Of a stretch of 64,000 bases of DNA, positions 48,416 through 59,670 are shown piece by piece (the first letter of the stretch is position 1; each line of letters opens with the position of its first letter). The notes below the pieces were generated by a model that was not told the origin of the DNA, ran no database searches, and saw only the letters and a program-made list of their open reading frames with translations. The stretch lies in assembly GCA_047495785.1 (NCBI GenBank), contig JBLDXI010000054.1, positions 1,612,001 through 1,676,000 of the forward strand, written 5' to 3'. This DNA comes from Lepidodermella squamata (Eukaryota; Animalia; Gastrotricha). Both the position numbers and the translations under genes were made by a program.

Positions 48416-51400
48416 CTGCTAATATGACCTCCTTCCAGCTTTCTAGTACTACTCCTATTTATACACCCTACCCTAGCTAACCCCATTCAGGTTTTTGCTA
48501 TCAAGTTGCTATCAAATTGAGAAGTCAAAGTTCATGCTTCTTTTTTACTCAGAAAAGCGGTAACAAGATAGCGCAGACAAGCATTAACACAGTGATGTGA
48601 GACAAGAAAGACGAGTTGCAAAAAAATATGCGATAGGATCGACACAGTTTGAAGACGGTGAAAGACATCAACTGCTGAGAAGTTGGTCAGCGTTAAAACG
48701 GCGAGCCGCGGCGGTAGGACTTCTGACATGAATCTGACAAGTACAACAGGATCGACACTCTACACGCAGCCCCGGGTTATCCCGGCGGGATGGATTCAAG
48801 CTAAGGCAAGCCAGAAGCCATTACCTAACATTTATTTATTTATAACAATAAATGAAAATTGATAAACATAATAAACTGTTTTTCCGTGGCTTTTTAATTT
48901 TTCACAACAAAGTACCTATTGAATATTTTATTAATAAAATCAACTCACATTCATGCCGCTCGTCAATGTGTCAGGAAAACGTCTCCCCCATTTGCAGCTT
49001 CCATATTCAGGCTCTACTTTTCTCTGGGCATCGTTTGGTCCACACACGGTCCCAACGGAACGGCGACTCATTCGAATACTCAGAATTATAGGGTAGACAG
49101 CCTAAAACATGATACATTGTTTACTGCAATATTAATGTAATTACACCATAGAGAACAGAAGTACAAGAGAGGAAACTCACACTGGAAACTTGAAAAATTA
49201 CATAGAGAACGGAGTGATCAGAGAGAACACTCGCTTATTCGCTAAGCTAACGCTAATAATTTCTAAATTATTGTTTAATAATTTTCAAGCTGGATTTTTT
49301 TAAACAAGTTTACTTGTGAACATGAGGTATTTTTCATCAATTTTCAGGGACCGTCATGTCAGCGGGTAATGTCCTAATCTTAAGCCCTTTCGAAAATTAG
49401 CTCATTAATACTAAGAGATGTTATAGAAAAAAATTCAATGAGCAGCGAGGAAAATTGACACAGCTAGGACTATGTGAAATAAGGCCTTCCTTGTTATACT
49501 TCATGTGGCTTCAAAGGCCGAAATTCACTACTAGGGTGAGTATAATCATTTCAAAAGTGGAAAATTTGGGTTCCTCAGCTTCGATAACCCCTATGAATAT
49601 TTGTTCCAAAATTGTGGACCTTTTGTCAATTCATGAACAAATGTAATACAATTCTATTAGGCCTAAATACTGATCTATTAGTTTATTACCTATACATCCT
49701 ACACGGCTGCTTTTTTAGATAGTTGAGCAAGTCGATGCTATATGGTTTGTGGTTTGTAGCGCCGAAAAGCTGACCGAAAATTCATTGAAGCGCCAAATCA
49801 AGCTGTTTACCCAGGGTATTTTTATAGCAAAAGGAATTTTGGATATTCGAAAGGAAAGATGTCTTCAGAATTTCATTATATCCCCAAATTGGTCAATCTT
49901 AAACGAACGATTTTAGGCTTGTTCGATAGCCCTAGTCATCATCTATACGAACAAGTACGATTCCTAAGATTTGGAGACAAATTGAAGATGCTACGAAGAA
50001 AATTAAAAAATTTGCTGCGGATTAAAGTATTTTCCATTTCTGGTATAAATGTGTATAATCATGATCACGAGCGACGGTCATGCCTCATACTGAAAATCAC
50101 GGAGAACCTTATTATCATTTATTTCGCTTTTATTTCGCATTTTTGGCCAAATGGTTTCTCGAAATTAGGTTTCCCAATTTCAGTCATAATTTCAAGGCAC
50201 TGCCCTGTTTTTTTTCAAACGGGGTTCAAGTCCTGCCTTGTATTTAGGGTCTGCGCTTTATTTTTCGAACCTAATCAGTCAGTCTAAATTACCTAGATCA
50301 ACAGTTAAAACCGCCGAATAACCACTATCGCTACTTACCTTCAAACTGTGAATACATAATTTTGCTGAAGTATTTAAGGTGTGTAAAGGACATTAGTGCA
50401 CTTACTGATGAAAAGTCGCAACCTATCCAGCTTCAACCACTTGTCCAACAAGCGCCCATGCAATCCCGCGTCATTCAAGCCCCGCCTATTATTACGTTAC
50501 GGTTCTGCCCTTTATTATTCACATGATCATCACCCTCTGCCCTTAATTCTGGTTCTGCCCTAAATTTCGATCCTGCCTAAATATTCGTAAAATCGGTAGA
50601 TTTATTAAATTCAACGTAATTCAAAGAATAAGACGCATTCTTCACTTTAGAATTCATTCATTGGCTAAAGTCACTAAGAATATTCGAAAAGCGACCTTTT
50701 GCTTATCTAAATTAGGTTCCGCAACATGCAAAATTAATTCCCTAAATAATATTCGGTTCATTAAGGGTTTCGCTAAAATTCGCGAAAGTTGAGGAGATTT
50801 TAAAACTTCTCAGCGGCGGTATAATCGCAGGCCCAGTCATTAACATAGGCGATTATTGAAATTCGTCGATGCATAGTCCTATCTCGAATAGTAGCCTAGG
50901 CTACTACGGCACGTGTGCTCTGCTGCGCTGAACGGTACCGTGGCGTGGGGTAACTTGGCCGTAAAAGTCGCCTTCTGGTCGATATCTCATCGAGAAAAAC
51001 CTTTTTTCACGAATTTTTTTCATGAGAACATTCCTTGCCACCTGAGCTACAACTCCCTTTTTACCGAATTCGAAAAATCGTTTTTAAATGACAAGGAAGG
51101 TCAGTACCAACTCGTTCATTTTAGGCGCTGAGATTTTGAGCATTTATAACAAGGAATTCTGGGATCGAAGGAAGACGCCGATTTCACCGAAAGTTTCCTC
51201 TCGGTGATATCTTTCAAATGACACCTTGAATTCGGAAAACTGATGTCGCAATCGCGAGCGGTAATTACCTGAATTAACTTGGCCGATTTTTAACGTGCGA
51301 AATGCGCACTAAAATTTGGCCTATACATGAGAGGGCATGATGAATCATCGCCCTAGTTTCTGCCGGATGTTTCATAAAACTTGATTGAAATTGGGTGGAT

Positions 51401-52110
51401 ATCTCGTCTTGATGCTTATTGTAGCCCGAAAAGTTCAGTAACTGAAGAATAAATATCAATGCAGTGTGTTATTTCAATTGAAATATTATGCGCTTAGAAA
51501 AGCATGAAAATCAAGCACATGATTTACATACAAGCTTTCATAAAAAAGCGTGAATTCGGGTCGCAAAAGTCCCTGTATTTCATGCCCCCAAGTTAGGGCT
51601 CGATTTTTTTCCCCGAATTCATGTCGCGTGCTGAGATTCATGCCTTTGAAAACTGAATTCATGCCTTTTTTTCCTGTGTTGCATAAGCCTATCCCAAATA
51701 GAAGCCTAGTCTTGAATAGAAGCCTACTTTTCCCCATTTTTCGAGGTATCATTTTTGTATAAGCCCGGGTTAGTATTTCGGTAACTACGGTATATTCCTG
51801 CTCGTACGTCGTACGCGACTATACGACCTGGTTTAGCCTATCAGTGATATAGCGGATTCAACCTACACTATACGGCATCAAAGCCAAGAACAGGTACCTA
51901 AGCCACCGCCAAAGTAGAAGGAATTCCACGCTTCTGGCCTGTCCAGAAGCTTAGAACCCCTACTACTGTTAAGGTGGATATAGATGACCTGATAATCCGA
52001 ATTAAATTAAATTGAAATTCAAGTGACACGGAGTAAAGGAGCAGGGTTAAAGGAGCGTTTAAACCACAGACCACAGTTTTATTTATTTTGCAGAAAATAG
52101 AATTTATTCC

Positions 52111-52410
52111 TCATACGTAGACCTGCCCAACAATCGCGCCACAGTTTTGGCATACATAAAATGTTCCATCGTTTATAATATCCGGATCATCACAACCGCA
52201 ATCATGCATATTGCAAGCTGTTTTCGAAATAGTTATCCAGGAAAAGGCTGAGGTATTTTAATACTTACCTGAAGAGTCGAGAACCTTTTTAGGACAGTAA
52301 GGACAGTCCAGGCGGTTAAGTATTTCAGCAGAGAATTCGATATAGGCGCAGCAGGGAGACCGATAAAATGAATTCGCGTCAATAAAAACTATTGTTTCTC
52401 GCTGATTCAT
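52111..52410 (-). CDS. Small spliced zinc-ribbon protein (TFIIB/VLTF3-type C-terminal ribbon)
   Basis: MNQRETIV...SPCC...CPYCPKK, then a 51-nt intron (gtaagt...aacag, 52268-52218), then CGCDDPDIINDGTFYVCQNCGAIVGQVYV-stop. AATAAA downstream. Confidence 0.6.
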
Positions 52411-52413
52411 TAT

Positions 52414-52831
52414 TTAACGGTTGCTGCAATGCGTCATCTCTATATCGAACCCACTGCTCAAAATCGATGATGACGCATAATGTATGACGAGCCAGTGTGG
52501 GAACAAGGTTGGTAGTTCGATTCTTCTATATGTGTGCTCTCGCGGTGAAATTTTATGCCGAATTTGCCGAATCATAGCCCCTTTACATGCTGTCAACTGT
52601 TTCCTTTAGAATTAATTTGAAAAATTACCAAGTTCACCATGCCTGGAAACGACTGCGAACATACTGGAGACAAACATATTGTGGAGGATGACATAATGGG
52701 CACGGTAGTTTGCAATGACTGTGGCAATACTGTTGGGCATCGCTGAGAATGGAACTGTTGAAACGGGAACCGAGAAACAGGATCAAGCCTGGATCCATAT
52801 GCTTAAGGCCTGTACCTATCATTACAGTCAT
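52414..52831 (-). CDS. Hypothetical Cys/His-containing protein, possibly spliced
   Basis: ORFs 52634-52831 (CHSHCKLPCPLC) and 52414-52596 join in frame only if a very short 34-nt GT-AG intron (52637-52604) is used. Confidence 0.3.
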
Positions 52832-53159
52832 ATTTGAACATTGAACATTAATTATAAGTTGTTAGATATACGCTTTTATCCAGTTGGAATATTCAAATCT
52901 AACTCTACTTCAGGCCCCATTATGAAACATTAGCTTAAGAGTCATAATCATAACGCAAATAAAACGATATACTGCGACTGAAGAGGTGCTGTGTAATAAT
53001 ACCCAAGAAAATACCGGAAAGCTATGACATGCCGTCTCATTGTAAGTAGCAAGGTTTCCGACCGGTCAGATATTTATTTCTCTTAAATATTTTAATGGCA
53101 AAGATATTAATTTTCCTTAAATATATTAATGGCAAAAGTCAAATATTGGTCGTATTTTA

Positions 53160-53291
53160 TCAACGAGTAGGCCCGCATGGTTCACAAGGTCCATCAGGTC
53201 CGTAGGCTCCACTACAAGTCCTCGGGGCTCCATCATAAGGTCCACCAGGCCCCCAGGGTCCGCAAGGTTCGCATGGTTGTTGCTGATTCAT
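53160..53291 (-). CDS. Small Gly-Pro-Cys-rich peptide
   Basis: MNQQQPCEPCGPWGPGGPYDGAPRTCSGAYGPDGPCEPCGPTR; AATAAA-like AT-rich sequence follows. Confidence 0.35.
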   Translation of the reverse strand: MNQQQPCEPCGPWGPGGPYDGAPRTCSGAYGPDGPCEPCGPTR

Positions 53292-54122
53292 TTCGTAACC
53301 TGTATATGGGAAAACTATGAAGGCAATATCGACGATTTTCAAACGCTTTTCAAACTTGAAACGGAGAAACAGGATATTTTCTGCCGCAGTAAGGACAGGA
53401 AAGGCAGTCAGTTAATTCAACGGTAGATTCACTGTGCTTACAAAACGGGCACTCTAATCCCATAAAAACTTTCGTATATAGAAAACTGCCAGCTGATTCA
53501 GCTACATGTTTTCTCTCGTTGCCGGGATAATATCGACCGATTTCGATCGAGGGCAGAGGATAAATTATTTAACGTCAGCTCGTTTGTGCACTGCATTCGT
53601 AATCACCCTAAGCACGCTTACTCTTGCAATTGGTTGCATTTTTTGCTCTTGGAGAGAAATCCGTCTTCTCTAACTGATGCGAGGACCTGACGAGACTACT
53701 CAAGAGAGCATCCTGATAACTGAATCTCAAAGTACTGAAGAATGCTTCGATATGCCTACATTCGATATACCTCTTTTGCAATGAGGCGGTATGTCTCGTC
53801 TGTGGAGAAATTGTTGGCGACGAAGAATTGAAATCGGAACTTACTGCTGCCACTGTTGTCAAGTATCTGTTCTTGCCTAGAACTTCACATGCCTTCATCT
53901 GATTCAGAATAATTATTTACTGATCCAGCGATGTTCAAAGCTAAACTTCTCGATAAAGCAATTATTCGAACCTTCTAATGTTTTAATTTTGAAATGTTCG
54001 AACACTTGAAAAGGAAATCGACAACGCTGTTAATTTCAACATATATATGACTGAACGTTCAAACATTTGAATAATGGAACATCGAAATATCGAAATATTT
54101 TAATTTCTCAAATAAATATAAG

Positions 54123-54380
54123 ATGCTTCGTCGCAAGGTAATAAATCCCGACAAAATCAGCCAAGCAATCCATGAATATCAGAATAGCTCTAAGACAGTA
54201 GATAAAATCGCAGCTGAAGTGGGACTCAGCAGAGGCACGATTTACTATCATTTAGGCAAACAACAACGCGTCTCATCGCTGAAGGGCGGTGGCATCAACG
54301 TTAGTCTGATTCCAAAGGATGTCTCTCATGTCGGCGGCAAGGAAGCTTACCTGCTAAGAAGAAGATTTCTCGGTAAATAA
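54123..54380 (+). CDS. Helix-turn-helix DNA-binding protein
   Basis: KTVDKIAAEVGLSRGTIYYHL fits the classic HTH pattern. Confidence 0.75.
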   Translation: MLRRKVINPDKISQAIHEYQNSSKTVDKIAAEVGLSRGTIYYHLGKQQRVSSLKGGGINVSLIPKDVSHVGGKEAYLLRRRFLGK

Positions 54381-54387
54381 TATAATC

Positions 54388-54723
54388 ATGGAGAAAGGAT
54401 TTCTTTCATACACAGAGGTCGATGAAATCGTCGACGAGAAGGATCAAGATATTGACAAACTGAAGCAGGAAGTTGAGATTATCAGCGATCAGTATTCCTC
54501 GCTCAAGAGACAGTCCTCAAATACCCGTATTAAGACTTTGGAGAACGAGAAGGCTGTCATTGAACAGAAATACAGCGATTTGCTGACTGCAAGGGAAAAA
54601 GAAGATAACGACCGTAAGTTACAGAGCCAGAGGCGCAAAGCTGAGCTGTCTGAACGGCGACAGAAAAGGAAGTCAGATATAGAGAAATTCATAGCTGAAA
54701 TGAGGGCGCGACGAGAAAAATAA
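54388..54723 (+). CDS. Coiled-coil hypothetical protein
   Basis: E/K/R-rich helical ORF packed tightly between its neighbours. Confidence 0.7.
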   Translation: MEKGFLSYTEVDEIVDEKDQDIDKLKQEVEIISDQYSSLKRQSSNTRIKTLENEKAVIEQKYSDLLTAREKEDNDRKLQSQRRKAELSERRQKRKSDIEKFIAEMRARREK

Positions 54724-54741
54724 AAATCGTTTTAATACTTA

Positions 54742-54996
54742 ATGAATACTTACTCGAGTGCCCAAGAAGAAATAATCTCATATATTAAGGTGCTTGTTAG
54801 AGAACTTCAGATCGACTGCTTAAGGACGAACACCCAGCTTCAACGCATTTTTGTTGCATTGAGTGTAATCGCCGCGTTGCTAGGGTATTTTGTGAATAGG
54901 GATAGAATTAAAAAGCCTTCGAAAATCAAAGGCAATCATGCTAAAGCAGTTAGAGCACCAAAGAAACGTGTGATATTTTACTCGCCTTTTCGCTAG
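54742..54996 (+). CDS. Small single-pass membrane protein
   Basis: Hydrophobic IFVALSVIAALLGYFV followed by a basic tail. Confidence 0.6.
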   Translation: MNTYSSAQEEIISYIKVLVRELQIDCLRTNTQLQRIFVALSVIAALLGYFVNRDRIKKPSKIKGNHAKAVRAPKKRVIFYSPFR

Positions 54997-54997
54997 C

Positions 54998-55597
54998 TCA
55001 AGGGACGTTCACACCATGCTTTTTGAGTTCCTCAAGAAATATTTGCGTGCGATCACAATTTAAACTCTTCTGGAGCAACTTTTTCATATCATGGAATTTC
55101 TCGTTTTCTCTCATAATAACCTGATACTCAGTGTCACTGATGTGGTTATCTTCCAGGGCTGTTTTGATCATGTCGCCTATTGAGTTGGCTTTCGACATGG
55201 CAAGAGTGGCGATTCTTTCATGTTTTTCGGCTTTCCTTTCGAACTTTAAGTCAAGCAGGTTGAGAACAAGTATGACCATGCCGCCCGAAGCTGCAGTAAT
55301 CTCCAACATGATACCGGTTGGGAGGCCAAGTGACAGTAGTGCGATTCCACCAATCGCAAGCGATGTTGTGCCGCCCGTTATTCCATGAATAGTAGCTTTG
55401 CAAATTGACGAAAAACGGGAATATCTATTATAAAGCTTCTTTCTTTTCGATATTTCTGTGTTGAAAACATCATTTAGGCGCCGGAGCTCAGCAAGCCTGA
55501 ACTCTTGAGTAGAAGACATCTGTAGTCTGGGAGCAGTGGGGTAAATACTTTCTACTGTTTTTAGCTGGTTGTCATTCATTCTGAATATATGTATCAC
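54998..55597 (-). CDS. Maverick-associated helical protein with a two-helix hydrophobic hairpin
   Basis: QEFRLAEL...KRKKLYNRY, a Gly-rich hydrophobic segment, then KAEKHERI...ALEDNHISDTEY. Resembles a recurrent Maverick accessory ORF (recalled, not searched). Confidence 0.75.
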   Translation of the reverse strand: MIHIFRMNDNQLKTVESIYPTAPRLQMSSTQEFRLAELRRLNDVFNTEISKRKKLYNRYSRFSSICKATIHGITGGTTSLAIGGIALLSLGLPTGIMLEITAASGGMVILVLNLLDLKFERKAEKHERIATLAMSKANSIGDMIKTALEDNHISDTEYQVIMRENEKFHDMKKLLQKSLNCDRTQIFLEELKKHGVNVP

Positions 55598-56253
55598 GTA
55601 TTCTTTAGGTTAGAAATAATCAAAATGTATGACAGTTGTATGCTTTCGTCAGCTGCTGCAATAACCGTTAAGCTATCATTCAATCGGAATTGCTCTATAA
55701 AGGAACAGTATTCATTGCTGCTCTCCAAATTAACATTGTTATAGTTGAAGTATTTCGAGAACAAGTTACCGTTGTTTTTGAAGAAATCAAGGGTGAAGGA
55801 TGTGGCTCTGTTGTCGTCCAGCCGGAACCACATTTCCACTCTGGCTGTTACGTCTGCCCGAAACACTAAGCTATCGCTTACTTCAGGCATTCCGGAAATC
55901 ATGTTATCAAAACTTAGCTTATTCTCGCGCGCAAGAGAAACCTTGCCAGAGCATATCAATCTGGAAGCCCGAATCGCGCCATCGTTTGGATTTATTGGTG
56001 GATGGATGTTCGTGAGCCTAGCATTTTTAAAGTCAACAGTCTGATCGGATTGAATCATTAAACAACTTCGCTCAACCCAATTTTTACTAACAGCATCGTT
56101 GTCGAAAACGGGGCCGCCCAAATTTTCGATGCAGTAGCTATTCGCGTTTAGGTTTGCCGCGAATGGAGTACTGCCGTCTGCCCTCAAATAAATTGCTGCC
56201 TGTCGTGCATTTTCAAACCATTCACTTGGAATGAATATTTCATTCGATCTCAT
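55594..56253 (-). CDS. Putative fibre/spike protein
   Basis: YLRADGS...NLNANSYCIENLGGPVFDNDAVSKNWVE and FKNARLTNIHPPINPNDGA resemble trimeric fibre neck repeats; the C-terminus is beta-rich. Confidence 0.6.
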   Translation of the reverse strand: MRSNEIFIPSEWFENARQAAIYLRADGSTPFAANLNANSYCIENLGGPVFDNDAVSKNWVERSCLMIQSDQTVDFKNARLTNIHPPINPNDGAIRASRLICSGKVSLARENKLSFDNMISGMPEVSDSLVFRADVTARVEMWFRLDDNRATSFTLDFFKNNGNLFSKYFNYNNVNLESSNEYCSFIEQFRLNDSLTVIAAADESIQLSYILIISNLKNT

Positions 56254-56746
56254 AATGAGCGATGACTAGATTATACTTATTCCGCCATTGCCTCAGCGTC
56301 TTATCGTTAACCGATTTCACGTGTACGCTCTGTGCCACAAGGTCGTATCCATGTTCCTGAGCCAGAGCTTTGATAACAAAGTCAAGGTGCATCATATTTT
56401 GATCGGGAAAGAGTTCTGCATAGCCCGAGTCAAACTTGATAAAGCTCGACATCAGCCTCTCAAGTTGAGGAGGTAGCATTTCTATACCGCGCTTTTTAAT
56501 TACAGTCATTAAATGCCATTTTCGTTTGTAAGGTACTAATTTGAATGGCGGGGAGTGCTCACAGTATGGATAACATAAACCGCAGTTTGGGCATACGTTG
56601 AAATTCGCCCTTTCGTCAAGCAAAAGTTCTGTGGCACACGCATCGCAATACACGTAAGGCATGGTAGAAAATGTCTTTCTCACTGATTTAGAATTCTCAA
56701 AATTATCCATCAGTCTCTTCAATTCATCTTCAACGGACGCTTGCAT
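56240..56746 (-). CDS. VLTF3-like zinc-ribbon protein
   Basis: CDAC...VCPNCG followed by YKRKWHL, similar to the YKRxxH motif of poxvirus/NCLDV late transcription factor 3. Confidence 0.7.
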   Translation of the reverse strand: MQASVEDELKRLMDNFENSKSVRKTFSTMPYVYCDACATELLLDERANFNVCPNCGLCYPYCEHSPPFKLVPYKRKWHLMTVIKKRGIEMLPPQLERLMSSFIKFDSGYAELFPDQNMMHLDFVIKALAQEHGYDLVAQSVHVKSVNDKTLRQWRNKYNLVIAHYEIE

Positions 56747-56909
56747 CCTTTTTATCTACGACGGCGTTTCTCTTTAACATTCTTATGAATTTATACTTTG
56801 TCATACCGCAGAGTGTACAAGATCCTGTCATGAGAGCTCGGTTATTACGAGTGGCTAATTGCTGCTCATTCACTGATTTAGTGTTTTTCCTACAATGCAG
56901 GCAATACAT
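56730..56909 (-). CDS. 59-aa zinc-ribbon protein (DUF5679-like); below the ORF-track cutoff
   Basis: MYCLHCRKNTKS...TRNNRALMTGSCTLCGMTKYKFI fills the gap between the protease and the VLTF3-like gene. Confidence 0.75.
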   Translation of the reverse strand: MYCLHCRKNTKSVNEQQLATRNNRALMTGSCTLCGMTKYKFIRMLKRNAVVDKKDASVR

Positions 56910-56911
56910 AT

Positions 56912-57370
56912 CTAGCTTAACAATAGATTTTTCAGTAAGTCATCATTGTGCGGTGACCCGGTGTTATTGAAGTCTAGCAAAATAGCTAACTTATCCCTAC
57001 CTTTACCTAATTCTCTTAGAAAGTAAATGGCATAGAAGCCACATGCAACAGAGCCAGGATGTTGTATATCATGTGTGGAATACCAAATTACTCGTTTGCC
57101 GCGACGCTTAATGATCTCATTAGGGCATATAAACCCGAAGCTATCGAAGTAGATTATTTCAGTCGACTTCACAGCCATTGAGACCCAATGACTTCCGCGG
57201 TTAACTTTATCGTCCAGGTTAATGACGTAATATCCTCGTTGAAGTGTAGCAGGAAGGTCGTCCCGAGCATAACAGCCCTTGAAGTCTTTTCCGAGGAGCC
57301 TCTTCAAAGTTTCGGTTATCTCAAGATTGGATAAGGGATAAAACCCGGTATTTATCAGTTTTTTTCCCAC
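56912..57370 (-). CDS. Adenain-like cysteine maturation protease
   Basis: INLD...GSHWV (His), YFDSFG (Asp), IQ...ACGFYA (oxyanion Gln and catalytic Cys). Confidence 0.92.
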   Translation of the reverse strand: MGKKLINTGFYPLSNLEITETLKRLLGKDFKGCYARDDLPATLQRGYYVINLDDKVNRGSHWVSMAVKSTEIIYFDSFGFICPNEIIKRRGKRVIWYSTHDIQHPGSVACGFYAIYFLRELGKGRDKLAILLDFNNTGSPHNDDLLKNLLLS

Positions 57371-57933
57371 GGCATGTAAACCCCTTTTCCGAATAAGGTC
57401 GGAAGGAATGCACCCAGCAAGCTTGATACAAGCGGCAAGATAAAAGCTCCACCCTGTTGCTCTATATGGCTTTTAATTGCCTTACTACTGCCAGCAGGCA
57501 CAATTTGTCGGGATTCCAGAAGCGAAACCGCCTTTTGCAGTTCATTTAAATCCTCTTTTGGTATTGTCAGCGACACGCCTTTGCCTACGATCTTGTCAGC
57601 TGCTGTACTGGCGAGGGAACTGGCAAGGCCGCTCAGCGCTGCAACAGCTACAGGTGCTATAAATTTAGAAGCTGCGGCAAGCGCTGGTAACAGGAACCCA
57701 CCAGACTGATTCTTCCGGAGCTGAGTTTTGCTCAGTTTAATATCAAGCCCTTTCATCCTTTGTTTGCTCTTCATTACTTTATCTATCTGCCTTTGCGTCA
57801 ACAACAACTTGGAACCATTTGGATCTGCAAGAAGCTGATCAATTGTGAAACGCAAGACAACTTGGCCTGGTTTTTGAAATGCTCTTCTCTGGGTCTCTGT
57901 TAGTTTAATGTCGAATGGAATGTATTTAGTCAT
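57355..57933 (-). CDS. Putative virion core/membrane-active precursor protein
   Basis: Basic N-terminus; GGF-led hydrophobic or amphipathic segments; adenain-type sites IVGK/G and LFGK/G. Confidence 0.7.
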   Translation of the reverse strand: MTKYIPFDIKLTETQRRAFQKPGQVVLRFTIDQLLADPNGSKLLLTQRQIDKVMKSKQRMKGLDIKLSKTQLRKNQSGGFLLPALAAASKFIAPVAVAALSGLASSLASTAADKIVGKGVSLTIPKEDLNELQKAVSLLESRQIVPAGSSKAIKSHIEQQGGAFILPLVSSLLGAFLPTLFGKGVYMPWEKN

Positions 57934-57954
57934 TATTATTCTAAGTTAGAAAAT

Positions 57955-59328
57955 TCACAGCATGTTAAGGCTTATCTCGAGCTTGTCGTCTTTGTAGTTG
58001 AAGCCTATTTCTTTTTCTCTAAAAATGAAACAAAACATAACTAATGGCTTATCGACAGGGCTGATTCTAGCTTTAAATGTGACGCTCACGCTTTGGTCAC
58101 CGCGTGAATTATATATAGCACCGGCATCTACACTTTCCAGATTGAATGCCAGGAAACGGTAAAATCGACAAAAATCAAGGTAACTAAGCTGACTACCAGT
58201 GTTCGTGCTTTCACGATCATTGAAATGGTTCATGTTTTCCTTAATATAGTTATAGAGCCGGTGAGCGTTGAAGCGGGAAAAGTTCATGTTGGCCTCGGCA
58301 AACGCCTCCTTATTGTTTATCATGAGAGAGTAGCTGAATATATTCCACTGAGTGTAAATTTGTGTCAGTTTTGTTTGATACTCTGCGTCTGAGAAGTCTT
58401 GCAAGAATACAATATATAGCCAGCTTGGTTTTTTCATCTCAGATGTGATTGTCCATTGTACCGATGAACTATTCACAGCAAACTGGGGGCTCTGAAAGCA
58501 TTCTAGCGATTGCCATTTGTAAAGTTTCGTGAGACCCGTATTGAAGGCTTTCAAAATGCGTGCTCTAGTTTCAGGCATCAATGTGACTTCCGGAATAAAC
58601 ATATAAGCTGACGAAATCTGGAAATGCATCCCTTCCGGCAAATCATCGTTTTTCCCTATGGCTGCGACTATGGGTTTGGTGTAATTTGGTGTTAATATCA
58701 CACGAAATCTCGCCTTGGTCCACATCCCAAAATAATTTTGGAAGAAAGGAATGTCCCTTAAGTAAAGTGTGACAACCATCTTATGATCCTTAACATACAA
58801 AGATCTCAAGAGTAGTCCCTCGTTGCAGCTGTTCTTCGCAGGATCGAAACTTTCTGCTGTAACTTCAGGAGTCATTTCATAATTTACATGGGCTGGGTAG
58901 TCTCTGGCGAAAAGAGATTCTTCCCCAAGACTTCGCGCATAGTCATCAGACCAGTGAATAACGCCCAGCAACGAGCTCCAGTGTTCGTTATAACGTGTTT
59001 GCTCTACCTGGTTATCATTATCACCTACTTGCACTTCAACTGTTTCAAACATGGATATAACATGGTTCCTAATTGCGTACTTGTCAGTTGCTTTGAAAGC
59101 CTGACTATCGTTTCGTCGGAACTCAACAGTCAACTGGATATAGGCTTCCCTCGGCAATAAAAACAACTCACGCAAGTTATATGTAGAAAAGATAATGCGA
59201 GAAGGCTGAGAGGGCTGATCCTGTATAAAACTTGTTGCACAAACCTCGGCCCAGCTTTTCCTTTCGAACTGCCGATCATCTATGGTCGGGCTCTCAAAGA
59301 GACAGTTCACTATTTCGGATTGAAGCAT
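57955..59328 (-). CDS. Major capsid protein (double jelly-roll, hexon-like)
   Basis: 457-aa beta-rich ORF. Size, position and motifs (LPREAYIQL, KPSWLYIVF, FLAFNL) fit Polinton major capsid proteins. Confidence 0.8.
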   Translation of the reverse strand: MLQSEIVNCLFESPTIDDRQFERKSWAEVCATSFIQDQPSQPSRIIFSTYNLRELFLLPREAYIQLTVEFRRNDSQAFKATDKYAIRNHVISMFETVEVQVGDNDNQVEQTRYNEHWSSLLGVIHWSDDYARSLGEESLFARDYPAHVNYEMTPEVTAESFDPAKNSCNEGLLLRSLYVKDHKMVVTLYLRDIPFFQNYFGMWTKARFRVILTPNYTKPIVAAIGKNDDLPEGMHFQISSAYMFIPEVTLMPETRARILKAFNTGLTKLYKWQSLECFQSPQFAVNSSSVQWTITSEMKKPSWLYIVFLQDFSDAEYQTKLTQIYTQWNIFSYSLMINNKEAFAEANMNFSRFNAHRLYNYIKENMNHFNDRESTNTGSQLSYLDFCRFYRFLAFNLESVDAGAIYNSRGDQSVSVTFKARISPVDKPLVMFCFIFREKEIGFNYKDDKLEISLNML

Positions 59329-59347
59329 TTAAATAGGCATTAGATAT

Positions 59348-59647
59348 TTAGCGTATCAGCTTAAAGCCTGTTCCGGTGTAATTATCGATGTCTCTTTTGA
59401 TTTTCTTCTCAAGCTCCTCAATAGCCTGAATAGAGCGCTCAGCTGGCTTTGTCGGCATCACTTTGTCTGCAAGTTTATTTGCGGCATAGGCACCTATTTT
59501 GTCACCGGCAACTTCCGCTGCCTTTGATAGAGCTGATTTGGCTAAAGTCTGAACCGGTAAGACACCAGTCAATTTGTCGAGCATATTTCTTGCGATGTCT
59601 ACGTAACCGCGTCCTACGACATATGCTTTTGTTCTGCGATTTTTCAT
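59348..59647 (-). CDS. Small basic putative core protein
   Basis: YVVGRGY and YTGTGF Gly-x-Gly sites flank an Ala/Lys-rich helix; located between the two capsid genes. Confidence 0.65.
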   Translation of the reverse strand: MKNRRTKAYVVGRGYVDIARNMLDKLTGVLPVQTLAKSALSKAAEVAGDKIGAYAANKLADKVMPTKPAERSIQAIEELEKKIKRDIDNYTGTGFKLIR

Positions 59648-59670
59648 TATAACAAAGTAACTAGAAAAAG

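Noticed and set aside
51955-51970. ctactact as a Maverick terminus
   Set aside because: Wrong orientation for a left end (AGTAGT expected), and no partner repeat is available in the window.
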